Assembly (NCBI GenBank): GCA_037379345.1
Contig: CM074519.1
Span: 31,336,103-31,400,102, forward strand
Length of the DNA: 64,000 bases
Reading direction: 5' to 3'
Origin: Perna viridis
Taxonomy: Eukaryota
Each line of letters starts with the position of its first letter. Positions within the stretch are counted from its first letter, which is position 1. A program made the position numbers and the translations under genes. Shown here piece by piece: positions 1 through 14,100 of this stretch. The notes beneath the pieces were generated by a model. The model searched no databases and was not told where the DNA came from. It saw nothing but the letters and a program-made list of their open reading frames with translations.

Positions 1-604
1 TGAAAACTATATATATTCAGCAATATTACGTCTTAAAAAACTATAATTAAAATATTTCAGTGCAGTACATTCTATGTAAAAGTAACCTGTACATTAAGAC
101 CTCCTGTCTTATGTGACCATAGCTTTGCTCTCCCTTTGGATGTCACTTTACACAAGTTTTACTAACAGTGCATGCTATATTTATTTTCAAAGATACTTTA
201 TTTTCATTATGTTCAAAGTACATGCACTTTGTGTTCATTCTTGGGCTTTGACTTGAAGTCAGATTAGAATTTTTTTCTTGGAAGCACAATTTTTTTATTT
301 AATTATTACCACATCAAATGGAATCAATATTTTTATTTGAAAATAAGTAATGAGGGAATACAGAACTATTATTTTATTTGTATTCAATGGATGAGTAAAA
401 AAAATTCTCCAAAATTTGGAACTTTTATTTATTTTTTTTTTTTCAAAAAGATCCCCCTTCTTGCTAATAAAATCGAAGGTCACTTTAGACAAATTTGACT
501 GTATACATGTAGGTATAACAGCGTATTCATATTTAAAGATAAAATATTTTCAGCTTTTTATTTTTTTTTTTTACTTCATGCACTTTTCGTTAATTTTATC
601 GCTT

Positions 605-663
605 GAATATAGCTGAAATATTGCTGGTCGGGCGTTAAACCCCAACAGTCAATCAATCAATCG
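605..663 (+). mobile_element. SINE-like 3' tail fragment
   Basis: atagctgaaatattgct...gcgttaaac followed by a (caat)n tail, resembling molluscan SINE 3' ends. Confidence 0.4.
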
Positions 664-828
664 TTAATTCTATTGCGCATTTCTTTTTTTTTTCTTTCAA
701 CGCTTCAGTAATTACACTCAAATACAAGTTTAATCACCATTTGCTAGTAATCCAAAGATTATGGATGACAACTGGAACTACGTGAATTATGAAAAGAACC
801 TTATTCTTATTTTACATTTTTATTCCAG

Positions 829-965
829 AGACCATGGAATGTCAGGGATCCAACTGTCCTTCAATTGGTGGAAACTCCGGAACATTACTACATCCCTCTA
901 TGTATATTATGATTGTAGCTTTAGCTGCAAACCTTGTAATTTATTTCAATCATGACAAAGCATAA
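829..965 (+). CDS. Probable terminal coding exon of a gene starting left of the window; C-terminus resembles a GPI-anchor signal
   Basis: A polypyrimidine tract and ttccag acceptor end at 828. The phase-1 frame reads xTMECQGSNCPSIGGNSGTLLHPSMYIMIVALAANLVIYFNHDKA*: small residues, then a spacer, then a hydrophobic tail. The other two frames are also briefly open, so the frame is uncertain. Confidence 0.4.
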
Positions 966-1148
966 TGACCATATGCATGTATATTTAAAACTGTTCAAAC
1001 GGAACCCCTTTTGAAATGGATGATTTATAGTTCGGTTTTTACAGGTGTTTGTTTAATGCAGGTTCAAAGTACATTTAAATAAGCTGACACGAAGAGATTC
1101 AAATTTCTGGTTTTGGCAGTTTTTCGCTTTAATTTACTACATATACCT

Positions 1149-1311
1149 CAGGGCGGATCCAGACACTTTGAAAAGGAAGGGTGCTAGCCGGGGTTCCTCA
1201 GAAAAAGAGGGAGGTCTTCTGACACTATTTGCCATTTTTGTCAATTTTATAAATGAAATTTACGAATTTTCAAATAAAAAGGAGGACTGTCAACCCCCTG
1301 CATCCGCCACT
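1149..1311. mobile_element. Small TIR element (GGCGGATCC...ATCCGCCACT)
   Basis: Imperfect terminal inverted repeats; a similar element lies at about 40149-40326. Confidence 0.5.
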
Positions 1312-2040
1312 ATACTTCATAGCTAAACATAAAAAAATGCAATTTTCTTGTTACTAGAGAAATGGGTCAAGGACAGCAATGTATTGTATACTTTACATTT
1401 TATAGATACTTTATTTAAAAAAAAAAGAAAAACATTGTCGGGTAAGTGAAAAGCTTATATCACTTTTATATAGAAATTTTGGACCATTGACCAGAACTAG
1501 GATATGAATTCCTTGCAATCTGTTATAATATTTCAGAGAAAAAAATGAAATATGGAAATTTATTTGAGAATATTTTAAAAATCTCCAGTATCTACATGAT
1601 ATACAGTAGACCCTGGCAATTGAATAGAATTGTGCAATTAATTAAATTTATCAAGTCAGGGAAAAAAACTTTTTTCAGTGTTTAAATGTACATTGTGTAT
1701 CTAAGTGAGGTTACCCAGATTCTTTTAGCATGTGTAATTAGATGTCTCTCTTACTCAATGAAAAGATACCATATTATTGTAAAAAGATTACTTACAAAAT
1801 ATGAATTATTTCACTTACAGTGTATAATTGATGTTTTACCCATTTAGACACATCTTTCAAGTAAATTTTGGAAAATATTGATGGAATTAAAAGGAAACAA
1901 AAGAAGAGTTTGTATGGATGTTAAGGAAATTCATGTCCTTATTATGTAAACAATGTATATCAAAATACACATATCCATAAACAATCAAGTATTCAGAGAA
2001 AATATTACATTCTTGTTATGTTATAATTTTATAAATTTAA

Positions 2041-2433
2041 GTATCAGTCTTCATAAATATCAGACAGAAGGTGATTCATGCATGTCAAAAACCCACCAAA
2101 TTCACTTTAAATTCATTTCTTGTTCAGAATCAATTACAGACCACATAATCTGTCCTGTGTTTTCATTTGGGTGTTGCCCTTTTGAGATAAAAAAAATATA
2201 TAGATTGTTCATGAGATTAGCACTATGCAAGGGTTATCGTTCTTAATTTTGTTAGATTAGGTTTATTTAGTAGGAAAGAATATACGATTTTATCAAAAGT
2301 GCAGATCTGAATATGGGAAGGACAAAAATATAGCATATGTATAATTAAAAAGCATTGTTTGTTCAGTGGGTTTTTCTTCACAATGAATCACTTGAATATG
2401 GATGTAGTATCTGAATTTTAAATGGCCTGGTAC
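2041..2433 (+). mobile_element. MITE family A (TIR approximately GTAnCAGTC...GACTGGTAC, TTAA-like flanks)
   Basis: Related copies at about 21777-22163 (-), 32697-33552 and 34044-35253. Confidence 0.7.
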
Positions 2434-3417
2434 TTCAAACATATTAAGTGCTTGTTACGTTTTATATAAGAAATGTAATATTCCTTGAGCAGTTTAAATT
2501 AAAAAAAAATCAAAAAAATATTTTTTATTTGAAAAATGTAGATGACTTACTTGATAGATTAGCGTGTTACATGTACTTCACAAAATATTATCTAATGTTT
2601 AAAAAAGAAATTAAAAAAATTCTTGTAAAATTTGTCTTTATAAAACTTTTAGAATATTAGTACATGTAAGTTGGCAATAAATTAAACAAAGGTCTTTTAA
2701 AAAATTCTGATGAATTGCAATAAAAAACCCAATTAATAAAGGCACTTTCCACACAAGTTGACAACTATTTTGGTAACTGTCTGAATATTTGATGTTACAA
2801 GTATAGTTATAACTTTGATAAATATTCCATAACTTATCGGCATACTTTATTGTTGTAGTAAATTGTTTACTCTACCATTTTGTACTTGAGAGTTAATTAG
2901 TGTACAGTTTTGTAATAAAACAATTTTTAAATTAAGTAACTGTATTATTTTTATTCAGTATTCAAAGAACACATTTCAGTCCCTTTGAAAATATATTGCC
3001 CATTTACAAAATATTACAACAAAAGTTAATCTCAACAAAAAAAGTTAACAGATCTTCAGTACAAACAAAATAAAAGAAAATTGGATAATAAATTGAAAAA
3101 AAATTGTTGAGAAAAAAATTGATTTGGTCATCACAAAAACATCCCAGCATTCAAAATTTCCATTGTGTTACTCCTGAATGGTACATGTAATATATACCTG
3201 AACCAAACTTGAGTATAACCAAAGGTCTAAAGCATACTGCTGAATTATTTAGTTGAAAAATTCTTGGAAGACCATTCTGTGTAAGAATAAGGCAATGGGT
3301 TGTACATCATTTTTCTCAATCTGGTCTTTCCTGCTTAAAATATACTCAATGTGCGTAGAAATACCCGAAAAGCTATTTAACTTCGTGACATAGATATTTT
3401 TTAACTGCTTATATAGG

Positions 3418-4046
3418 GAACAAAGGCTCCCAGGAGCCTGAAACGTTCACTGGATAAATATTTGCCTTTAAAGAACCATCACTCTAGTTGTCCAACAATT
3501 TTGACTCAAAAGACTTTGGTAGGACTTATCTAAAAGATCATTTCACCAATTGATAGTTTCTTTCTATCTTCTATAGTTTTCAAGATATTGGCTGAAAACT
3601 GCTAAAAACATTTTTCGCATTTCAAGGGCAATAACTCTAACACAGAGTCGCCCTACAACTTTGATCCCCGCAAACTTTTATAGCCTAATCGTAAGGACCC
3701 TTTCAGCAATTGATAGTTTCTTCCTATATATATCTACCATAGTTTTCAAGATATTGGCCGAAAACTCTAAAAAAAAGGTTTTTTTCACCTTTCAACAAAG
3801 AGTCATCCAACAATTTGATCCCTACAGACTTTTGTAGGCCTTATACTAAGTATAACAGTTTAGCAGACATATATGCGAAAAACTTCGGTGTCTGACCCCT
3901 TTGTTCTATTTCAAGTAACAGAGGCCATGTTTTTAAATGGATCAAAAATCCCCACAGTTCTATGCAGAATACTTTAAGGACAACAACGATGATGGACACC
4001 AAATGATGGCAATAGCTCACTTGGCCTTGGGCCTGCTGAGCTAAAA
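3418..4046 (+). mobile_element. Helentron-associated (HINE/pearl-like) non-autonomous element
   Basis: Starts aacaaagg...gagcctgaaa, has internal diverged tandem units, and ends gctcacttggcc...gagctaaaa. Related copy at 35388-35759. Confidence 0.5.
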
Positions 4047-5060
4047 TGTCCAGGAAATTTTCCCACCATTTTTCCTTTAAATAGTGCATTTCAACTAAAT
4101 TTGACCTATCAATATCTTTAAATGGAAAACATTACAAAACACTTTGATGGTCTGGCAGTTATCAGGTATAAAAGCTTGGATAATGTGTATCAATTTCTAT
4201 GTTTGTTTTCTTCATATGTCACACCATATAAACAATATGCCTGTAACTTAGACAGGGGAGTACAAAAAATATCACTCAGAAACAAGAAGTGTGGAAGAAA
4301 GACAAAGGATAACCATCAAACTATTTGGAAATTATAATTGGCTGTACATGATGCATTCCTTTTCTGTAGTCAAACTATTTGGGAGTTTAATAATTATAAT
4401 TGGCTACACATGATGCATCCTCCCCTTCTTTATGTCAAACATTTCCAGACCTATTGTTTGCAATGCCTGAAAGTTGATTTCCCTTGAGTCAAACATTCTG
4501 ATATTGTTAAAAGAAAACAACCTGCATCATTATCATATTTATTTAAGCATGCACAATTTAAAAAAAAAAACAGGTACTTCTCATAAATAAGATAGTGGTA
4601 TACATGTATAATTGAGAAAAAAATCTCATTGGAATTGATAGCAACCATTTAGGTCTTATTAAGACTTTCCATTTTCTGGCTTTGGTTTCATGAAAAAATC
4701 TTAATTTCAAGTGATTTGATTGGTCAATGTTTGAGTAGAGGAAAAATTGGAAGAAAATCTATAGTTGAGATTCTTTATGAAACTGATCCCTGGACTTTCC
4801 AGAAATAGCATTAACCTTTCTCACTCAGTCAGACACTGATTCAATCATATCCTTCACTGTAGTAAATTGCGTTGATACAACACTAATGCATTAGTTCACT
4901 CCTTTCAGTAACTGTCAGCAAATAGATTTCAAACAAATTAAATCTCTGTATTATAATTAGTCTCCAAAGCATCAGTTCACTGATAACAGTTTTAACTCCT
5001 AGTGGATAGGCTTTCCAACAAATGTAATCTCAAGTTCATTATAATTAATGTCTCTATTCA

Positions 5061-5117
5061 TCAGCTGAATTCTGTTTCTGACCAGTTACTTTCAACATCA
5101 CTGCCATCGAACTCACC
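5061..5117 (-). CDS. ANAPC7: ANAPC7 exon 16 (terminal)
   Basis: GEFDGSDVESNWSETEFS*; tttcag acceptor, TGA stop. Confidence 0.88.
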   Translation of the reverse strand, partial: GEFDGSDVESNWSETEFS

Positions 5118-8100
5118 CTGAAAATTACAAAATAATCTTTTTCACGTAAAACTCCCACATGAGACAGTGTTAATGTGTTGGTTTAATACTTTTTGACATA
5201 CAGATTATATAAGGCTGGTACCATTCACAACATAAAGTGACAAAAATGGCTAAGTTCAAAATGTACAAAATATTAATCAAATTTCTCCATAACATCCTCA
5301 ATAAGTATATAATGACAGTGAAAAGTCTGAATAATAATAAGATAATTAATTGGAAAGAGTAAATAAGCACAATATGATCACGAGTGCCGAAGAACACCAA
5401 GGTTTAACGAGTGTGCGGAACTTGTTCATAAAAGTGATCATATTTTGGTTATACACGTTAACCAATTGATTATCTTATTTATTATGTAGATTTACTCCAT
5501 TATTCAGTGCTTTTTTCAACATGAATTTTGATTTTTCTGAATGGCGGATTGATATTCATGTTGTGACATTTTTGCGGGAGAAAGTCCAAGAGTGAAATAT
5601 TACTGAATTTATTTCAGTGTGAATTACCGAAATTTATTACACCAAGAACATTCAATAAAACACTGCTACCTACATAATAATATTGGCTTAATACTTTGCA
5701 CAAAGTATGTACCCTGAAAGGTGATGGGCGATCAGATGGACAGTGTCAAGTAGCTACTAGACTCTCTATCACCATTGGTTACACAGGTTAAAACAAAAGG
5801 TAGCTATTTTTAGATTTTTGTAGAAAAGTTAAACCAGAATAAGCTTTCAATTTGTATGAAAAAAATATTATATGAGCTATAAATAGAACCTGTTACACTT
5901 CGCTAATAATATATACATATATGGTGACATTACCTATTAGTGTATAAAATCATTCAATGAATTAAAAACTGATAAATAATACATAACCTGTCACAGCTTT
6001 TGTGGGACCAGTTCTCAAGTAAAGGGCCAGTGGGTGAAACCAGTGCTTTATGAAACGTGGTTGACAAAAAAAACAAAAAATGCTTTCTACAACTTCTACA
6101 GGTACTAAATTTCATTTTACGGCAAACATAAAACAAGTCAAAAGGACACGACTTACATCATTTTCACTGCTTTCCATACCCTCCAAGTCATAGGTACTTT
6201 CCAATCCAACATCATTATGCTTTTCTACTCTCTCCTTTCCTTCCCTAGCTCTGGTATTATTTGGGTCTAAACTGAAAAGTTTGTAAACATTATGTATAAA
6301 GTGTACAAAGAAAACTTGACAATGTTATATTTTGTTCATATATTGTACAGTGAATGGTTTCATTGTATACAATTTAGCAATATAAAAAGAAAAAATGCAT
6401 GGGTCGGTGTGCTCATTCTTGAGATATAAGCATCTATAAATTTGCCGGGAAAGGATTTCTTTAGATTTTCCATAGGTTTTGTATTCCATGTAGTAGGTTC
6501 TATCTCATCAAAACACTAAAGAAATAACAAATATTTTATAAAAACTTCCCCCAAAAAATGTTAAGGTGTGTTTAATGAAAATCAAACAGTGGGGGTCACA
6601 GGGCAAAAATATTAATGCTATGAAATTGATAAAACCAGAGAAGTCAGAAAATCTGACAAAAATGTCTGACCATTAAGTATGTTTTTAGTTATGTGGTGAC
6701 AGATCCCTACTCTACTTGTTCTTTTCAAATATTACCCTAGCTCAAATTACTTCCTAATTAAATCAGAAAGATTAACTTAAATGTTCTCCTTACTTAAGAG
6801 CTATACTATATTCATCTAAAGCTTCTAACTGTTCATTGACTTGAGACAGGAAATCTCCCAACAGCTGATGTAATCTACAGGTATTGTGTGTCTGTAGCTG
6901 CTTCCTCAACCTGTTGAAACAGTAAAACCTGACAACCAAACACTGAATATTTTTTTTAAAAACCTGTGTAACACAATCCATGGATAAATCAAAAACCTGT
7001 GTAAAACAAGCCACAGACAAATCAAAAACCTGTGTACAACAATCCATGGATAAATCAAAAACCTGTGTAACAATCCATGGATAAATAAAATACCTGTGTA
7101 AAACAATCCATGGATAAATCAAAAACCTATGTAAAACAAACCATGGACAAATCAAAAACCTGTGTAAAACAATCCATTTACTGTAAAAGTATTAAATTTC
7201 GCAGTGAACTAATTTTCGCTATTTTCGCATGAACATAAACGTGAAAAAATAGTACCAGTGAAATTGACTTTAAAACACAATATAGCTTTTATCATTTTTT
7301 GAATCTGCGAAAATTGATATCTGCGAATATGTTCACTTGACAAAATCTGCAAAAATTAATACATTTACAAGATATTTGACATAATATCTACCTTTCTCAA
7401 AATTTGATATATTTGTACATGAAGAACAACGAAAGATTCAAATCAAGGTCCTCTTCTAGTCACCAAATTATTGACCACTTGGTTTTGACTTTAAATGCAG
7501 GTAAAATTTTGTATGGACTAAGTGTCCTCTAAATTCATTGCCAGATGTTAATTCTATGATGCTCCCAAGAGTTTACAAAAAAACAGACAGAAGTCCCCTT
7601 AGTGACTTGATTTGTGAGGAGATTGGTAATGTATAGCATACATTTCTATTCCTTTATCATACTGGTGATCTCTATATAATATCTCAGCCATAACATATAC
7701 TGGCTCTAAATAGGAAGGATCTAATTTCATTGCCTTCTCTAAGTATGGCTTGGCCTACAAAAAAGATAAAGAATGATTTAATCAGCAATTTCAAAATATA
7801 AGTGCACTAATAGTATAAAAAATTTTGTGAACATACATAAACACGATGTCCCACATTATCATGTGACAAACAAAGCCTACATGGTAAGGACTTTTTTGCA
7901 TAATGTTTCTTTTAAAAAATAAACTGTTTAGTATCCTGCTGTTAATGAGAAGAAAGCTGACTGATGGTGGATCCAGGCACATGTAAAAACATTATACCTA
8001 ACTTTGTAACATGAAGTGTAATTATATTGAAAAATGTAATGAAGAGAAGCATGACCACATGAGTTCCTTCATAGGCCTAAAAACCATGAAATCTAGTGAT

Positions 8101-11100
8101 TATTCTTCCATTTGATGAGAACCTAGCTGTTCTTCACCATGTGAACAATACATTAAAGAAAGTGAAAACACATAAGTTCACCAGAAGTCTTACCTTTGTG
8201 TACATATTTGGTTCATTAGTCAATACTGAGGCATATATCTACAAGGTAAAAATACACATTGATCATACATGTATGTACATGTAGCTGAGATTGCTATAAA
8301 TTTTATGTTAGAGTTAATTTCTTTTAATAACTCTATTGTGACTTAAGAGGTAGACCTAGCGTAAGGGACAAAACTCATAAAAATTATTAGAACGTTTGTA
8401 TTCACCATTTTACATCAATCTCATGTAAGCATCAAAGTAACTTGGACTGATTTCATTTTGTTTCAAAAGAAAGCATGAAAGGCTTTGGTGAAATTAAATA
8501 CGATACAAACATATCACTGATTTCAAGAGTTATGTCCCTTACCCTAAGTCTACCTCCTTAAATTAATGTATGTAAGTATTTGAAAAATCAAAGCACAATC
8601 ATTGTGCAGTGTCAAAGGCTATTCCAGTAAGTTTCCCTGAAGAAGAGAAATGCTACAGTTCATAAGGGGTACCACCAAGAGAAATAATTTCATTTTTGCA
8701 ATGCATTAAATTGTGTAAATATCAAAAACACCCCCAACCAAGGTTTAAATATTAAAAAGGCACCAAGCCCTTCCAGGGAAGTTTAAGTAGAATAGCCCTC
8801 AAGCCAAATAAAAAACAAAACATATAATATAATAAGGTAGCCAAATTCAGAAGGAAATACAAGAAAAAATGTATATGTAAAATAAAAAAAATGTATCATA
8901 CAGTTCCAAAAATGACTAAACATCCATAATGTGAGGTTTTCATTCCTTGGATTACAAACCAGATGCATTTTTGCAATATTTAAACATCACAATAATTTCT
9001 GAATATACAAGTACAAGTCTTAGCAAAACCTACTGTAAGAGTTCTTGGATTTGATCCTATTGTCTTTATAGCCTTCCCAGCACATGCTAATGCTTCTCGG
9101 TTTCTATGTTGTGACAAGTAACAGGAAATTAAACCTGGAATAAAGGATTTTGTGAATTAATGTCATGCAAAAATCTACCACAATACTTAGTATACCATTT
9201 TTTTAAACCCTGCCACAAAGCAGAAGGAAAAATAGAAATATAGATGGATGTCAGTGTGTCACACTTGACTTTATGGATGCAACTCCTCATAAAATGCTCA
9301 AATTTTGAGGGATTGTTAGTCACGGTATGTAGTTGATCATATTGCGCTGCCAATTTAATTTAAAAAATTTTACATGAGTTAAGGGACTTTTGTACTACAT
9401 CTATTTTTGCAGCAGTGGGAGACATGTGGCTATCTGTAGCAATCTTGAAGAACGTGAACTTGTGTAAATTTGAAACATTTTCTAATTCTATTCTTCAACT
9501 CATTCTCCTGCACAGAGGTAAATGTCCAAGATATTATACACTCTCCCTAATAAACGTACATGTATAAGAGTTATCTCTACTAATGTCCTGCTTGGTACCA
9601 TATTTTTCTTCCCACACATTTTGTAATAGATAAGTGTATTAAAGCATGCCAAGCAAGGAGCCAAAATCTTCAAATGTAGATAAGGGATTTGTGTGTGTAA
9701 AAAAAATCAAGGGAAATGAAAGGACAACTGAATTAAGCTCATATGCTCCCAAACATGCTATAAATAGTACCATGATAAGCTTCGTATCTGTGTGGAGCAT
9801 GTCTTAGTGCTTCCTGAAAATGCAGTGATGCATCCTGGGACTTTTTCAGTTCATACAATGCTGTGCCTTTCAACAGATATGCCTCAACATTATATGGATC
9901 TATAATACTAGCCTGTAAAATACATGTATATCAATGGATAATTTCTTTATATGTAATAAAAATTTCAACATAATGCCTCCATGTTTTGAAAACATGTTCA
10001 TGTTTAAGACTGAAATGGAAATTTACTTTTTGAAACTATTTAATATGTGATTTTTAGTTACATGTACTTATTTGCAATGAATTAGTCATTAACATACATG
10101 AATAAAAACATGTTACAATTTTTCTGTATGCTGACACCTTAGCTTGGTTAACTGTATTATTACATATCACGTACACACAGATGGATTAATTTAATACATG
10201 TATGTTAGTTCCATAGCAGTAGTATACACGACACATGCATGAGAATCATTTTAAAAGAAAAGCTTTTCAAATGTGCTACATTATTTTGCAGGAATTCTTG
10301 TTTATTGTGCACCAGTTTACATGATTTTTTGACGAAACCAAACAACAAATTAATGCTCCTTTAATGGGAGAAAAAGCTTTAACCAACCTTTTGTGCAAAG
10401 TATACTGTTCTGGTTCTGGCCACCTTTCTAGATATGAGAGAGAAGTAGCCCATAGATATCCATGGCTCAGGAGACTTGTCTGTTACTTTCATTAACTGTT
10501 CTGATACTCTGTAAAATACTGTATACATATACTTCAAGGAAGGAATATATTACCATAGAACCGAAACGACAGTCAAGGGTATACATTTCTCACTCCCCCA
10601 ACCCCTGGTTAACTATCTTCCAGGAGGGGTATCAAATATTCTTAACCATCTCATATTCTGAATTGAGGCTTTTGTTGACAAATGGAGATTTTTGGATGAC
10701 TAATAGTTATACTTTCTGCAGATAGTAAAATGACAATGAATAGTATCACTAATAAAAAAGGACACACATGCATTGTTAGTGTCAACACCAACAGTCAATG
10801 ATAAATTGGTGATAAAAAGACTTTAATTAATCACCTTCACTTAATGATTGTCTTGCTTTTGCAGTACCAGCTCAAGCAAGATTATCCATTTTCAAAGATG
10901 GTAATTAATAACCTATAAATAACTTTGATCTTCAAAACACAGAACTTCTAAAAAAAATTACTTGAATATTGTTATTGCTAAACTATGAGAGAGTGTTACT
11001 CGAACCAAGCACAAGCTGTACTTAATGCATTACACATGGGACCTTTTTTGTATTCACAAGTACCACTTAATTTTCTTTCTTATAATCTATGATATGTTTT

Positions 11101-14100
11101 CTTCTGTTTCAAAGGAAATCTGTCCTTGCTAGATCACTGACATCAGATGATATCTGTATGTACTTCACAACAGTGACATAAGTTTTAGAGCAAGTGAAAT
11201 AGTTCATTTCAGGGAATAGAGCTGGTCTTCCCTTCATAGAATGACAATTTCCTGTAAAAGATAGTAAACTGGACAAGGATTTTGTAAGCTTTCTATCATG
11301 AGTTGTACAGCTATTAGTGTCAGTCCCTGTAAGAATCAGGCAGTGGGTAAAACATGGTATGAAAAAAAAACATTTCGATAGTGTAATTTGACTATTTGCA
11401 CCATCAGAATCAAGGAAATAAGAAAAGATTGTCCATATCATGTTGGTAAATTCATTTCATTGAAATGCACTGAAAATGAACATTTCAAGGACAGATAATT
11501 CTGTCAAAAACATCATTTTTTATCATTCTATTAAAAAAATTTCTGAGCAAATCCACTGAGGCAAGAGATCAAATAATAGTCCTTTCAAAAAACATTATTG
11601 TGTGAAATCATATAGTCAGATAGGTGACTTTTTGACATGAATGTTTCAGATTTTTTTCCCCATTTTGCCTGATTCTTACAAAAACTTACATTTAACAGCC
11701 TAACAAACTGCATCAGGTCATTTCATTCAAGGGAAGACCAAGGGAGAAAAAAAAAAACATTACAAAGTGAAATGTTAAAATGCCATTCATTTAGAAATAT
11801 CAGTGACTCATTTATATCTATACACATGTTCTACATATTAAAGAAATAGTTCCCCACCTTTGTAATTCTGTAACTCTTTTTTCTTTTGCCAATAAATATG
11901 AGTACAAGTCCATATTCATTAAAAACAGTGGATCTAATGAATGCACCTGGAGAGAGAAAATGTTTCAAACTGGTGGAAGGTAACATTGATGTGGAATCAA
12001 AATCCTGGAAATTCTACAATTATTGCATGTAATGGAATTAAAAAAAAATGAAAACTTCTACTACATAACTTAAAACATTACGGAAACAGACTTTTTCTCC
12101 ATATTACAAAAATAAAAACCTAGTTTGGTCATAAAGGAAAAACCTGAAATGGTAAAATCAAAAAATTATTTTCAAAGTTAGTAATAAGCCTACTGACTTT
12201 TAAACCATATTGATTTATGGATAAAATTTAATGTTATACTGAAGAAATTATGCATTTCCAGATGAGAATATTTTATCACTGAAACTGACCCTGCTTTGTA
12301 ACAAACAGTCTGACATGCTGAGCCAATCAAACAGACCCTACTTTGTAACTGTTTGGCATGCTGAGCCAATCAAACAGACCCTGCTTTGTAACAGTCTGAC
12401 ATGCTGAGCCAATCAAACAGACACTGCTTTGTAACAGTTTGGCATGCTTAACCAATCAAACAGATCCTGTTTTGTAATAGTCTAAAATACAAGTTTTATA
12501 TGTGCTAGTTCACAGAAGAATTAATCCATATAAAGGCATGTTCCCCCACTTGGTCACCTTTGATTTTCTGTTAGCCAGCAAGTTATGCAGCTTGCTTAAA
12601 GTATTATATTGCATATAATATCAACATAAAACCAACCCTTTGAAACCCCAGCAGAGCAGCTGTATCATTTCCTTCATAGAACCTTCCTTTGGCTATACTA
12701 TTTACAACATAAACATTGTCCTTTAGACACATTTTCTGGTCCATTTGTTTGAATGTTATTATTGCATTTCCATATTCTCTGTTTGCTAGGAATGCCTGAC
12801 CCTTTATCCATGATGTCAACCTGCAAAATACATAACAGATGTCTCTGAATTTTTTTTTACAATTGCTTAATTCATAGATTCTGTAAGGAAGGAAACTTCA
12901 ATTTTACATGTAGCACACATATATTCAATATATTTTAAATGATTTTCATGTTCTTTTATATTAACAGTTTTGTTCACCATTAAAATGAAGTTAACAAACC
13001 ACATCAGAAAAATGACCAGGCTGAATGGGTGTAAAATAAATAGGCCCAGTACAACATAATATTGTATTAATTGATCTACTAGTCACATGATGTACCATGT
13101 GGTAACTATATCACCAAGGCTGTTCACTCTAAGAGATTATCTACTCTCAACTGACTTACCAGTCACATGATGTACCATGTGGTAACTATATCACCAAGGC
13201 TGTTCACTCTAAGAGATTATCTACTCTCAACTGACTTACCAGTCACATGATGTACCATGTGGTAACTATATCACCAAGGCTGTTCACTCTAAGAGATCAT
13301 CTACTCTCAATTGACTTACCAGTCACATGATGTACCATGTGGTAACTATATCACCAAGGCTGTTCACTCTAAGAGATTATCTACTCTCAACTGACTTACC
13401 AGTCACATGATGTACCATGTGGTAACTATATCACCGAGGCTGTTCACTCTAAGAGATCATCTACTCTCAATTGACTTACCAGTCACATGATGTACCATGT
13501 GGTAACTATATCACCGAGGCTGTTCACTAAGAGATTATCTACTCTCAACTGACTTACCAGTCACATGATGTACCATGTGGTAACTATATCACCGAGGCTG
13601 TTCACTCTAAGAGATTATCTACTCTCAATTGACTTACCAGTCACATGATGTACCATGTGGTAACTATAGCCAGCACTCCACAGTTTAGTTTAGTTTTGCA
13701 CTTTTGGCTAGGGATGAAAAATGACATAAATGGAAACCGGTGGTTGCTATAGTGATTAAAAATGAAGAATCTATTGTTGATAAAACATTGTCTGAAAAAA
13801 GGGGACTTTTAAAAGTATTTTGCAATGTTTTATATATTTTCAATGTTGAAGGGGCTTTTTTTCAATGACAATTTGACTTCATTGTGAAAGTGAAAGTAAG
13901 TCATTTTTTTACCATGCTAAATTTAATAAGTGGATTACAAAGTGAAATAGCTCAAAATCTAACTGGTCATGCCCATATGAGGAAGGGGTTTTTGAAAGGA
14001 AAAGTTTGAACAGTTTCAGGGATTGAAATAAAAATTTCAGATATTTTGCGGGAAATTTGATATTTTTAAACCTGATTTTATGAACTTTTTGGCAAATTTT

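Noticed and set aside
6906-7155. Repetitive-looking ORFs (WIVLHRFLIYP / TQVFDLSM repeats)
   Set aside because: These are translations of a 33-bp intronic minisatellite; only 6910-6794 is a real ANAPC7 exon.
13081-13668. CRISPR-like regular array
   Set aside because: The units are fully tandem with no unique spacers, there are no cas genes, and the context is a eukaryotic intron. The same applies to the arrays at 28.9, 30.7, 34.1 and 59.1 kb.
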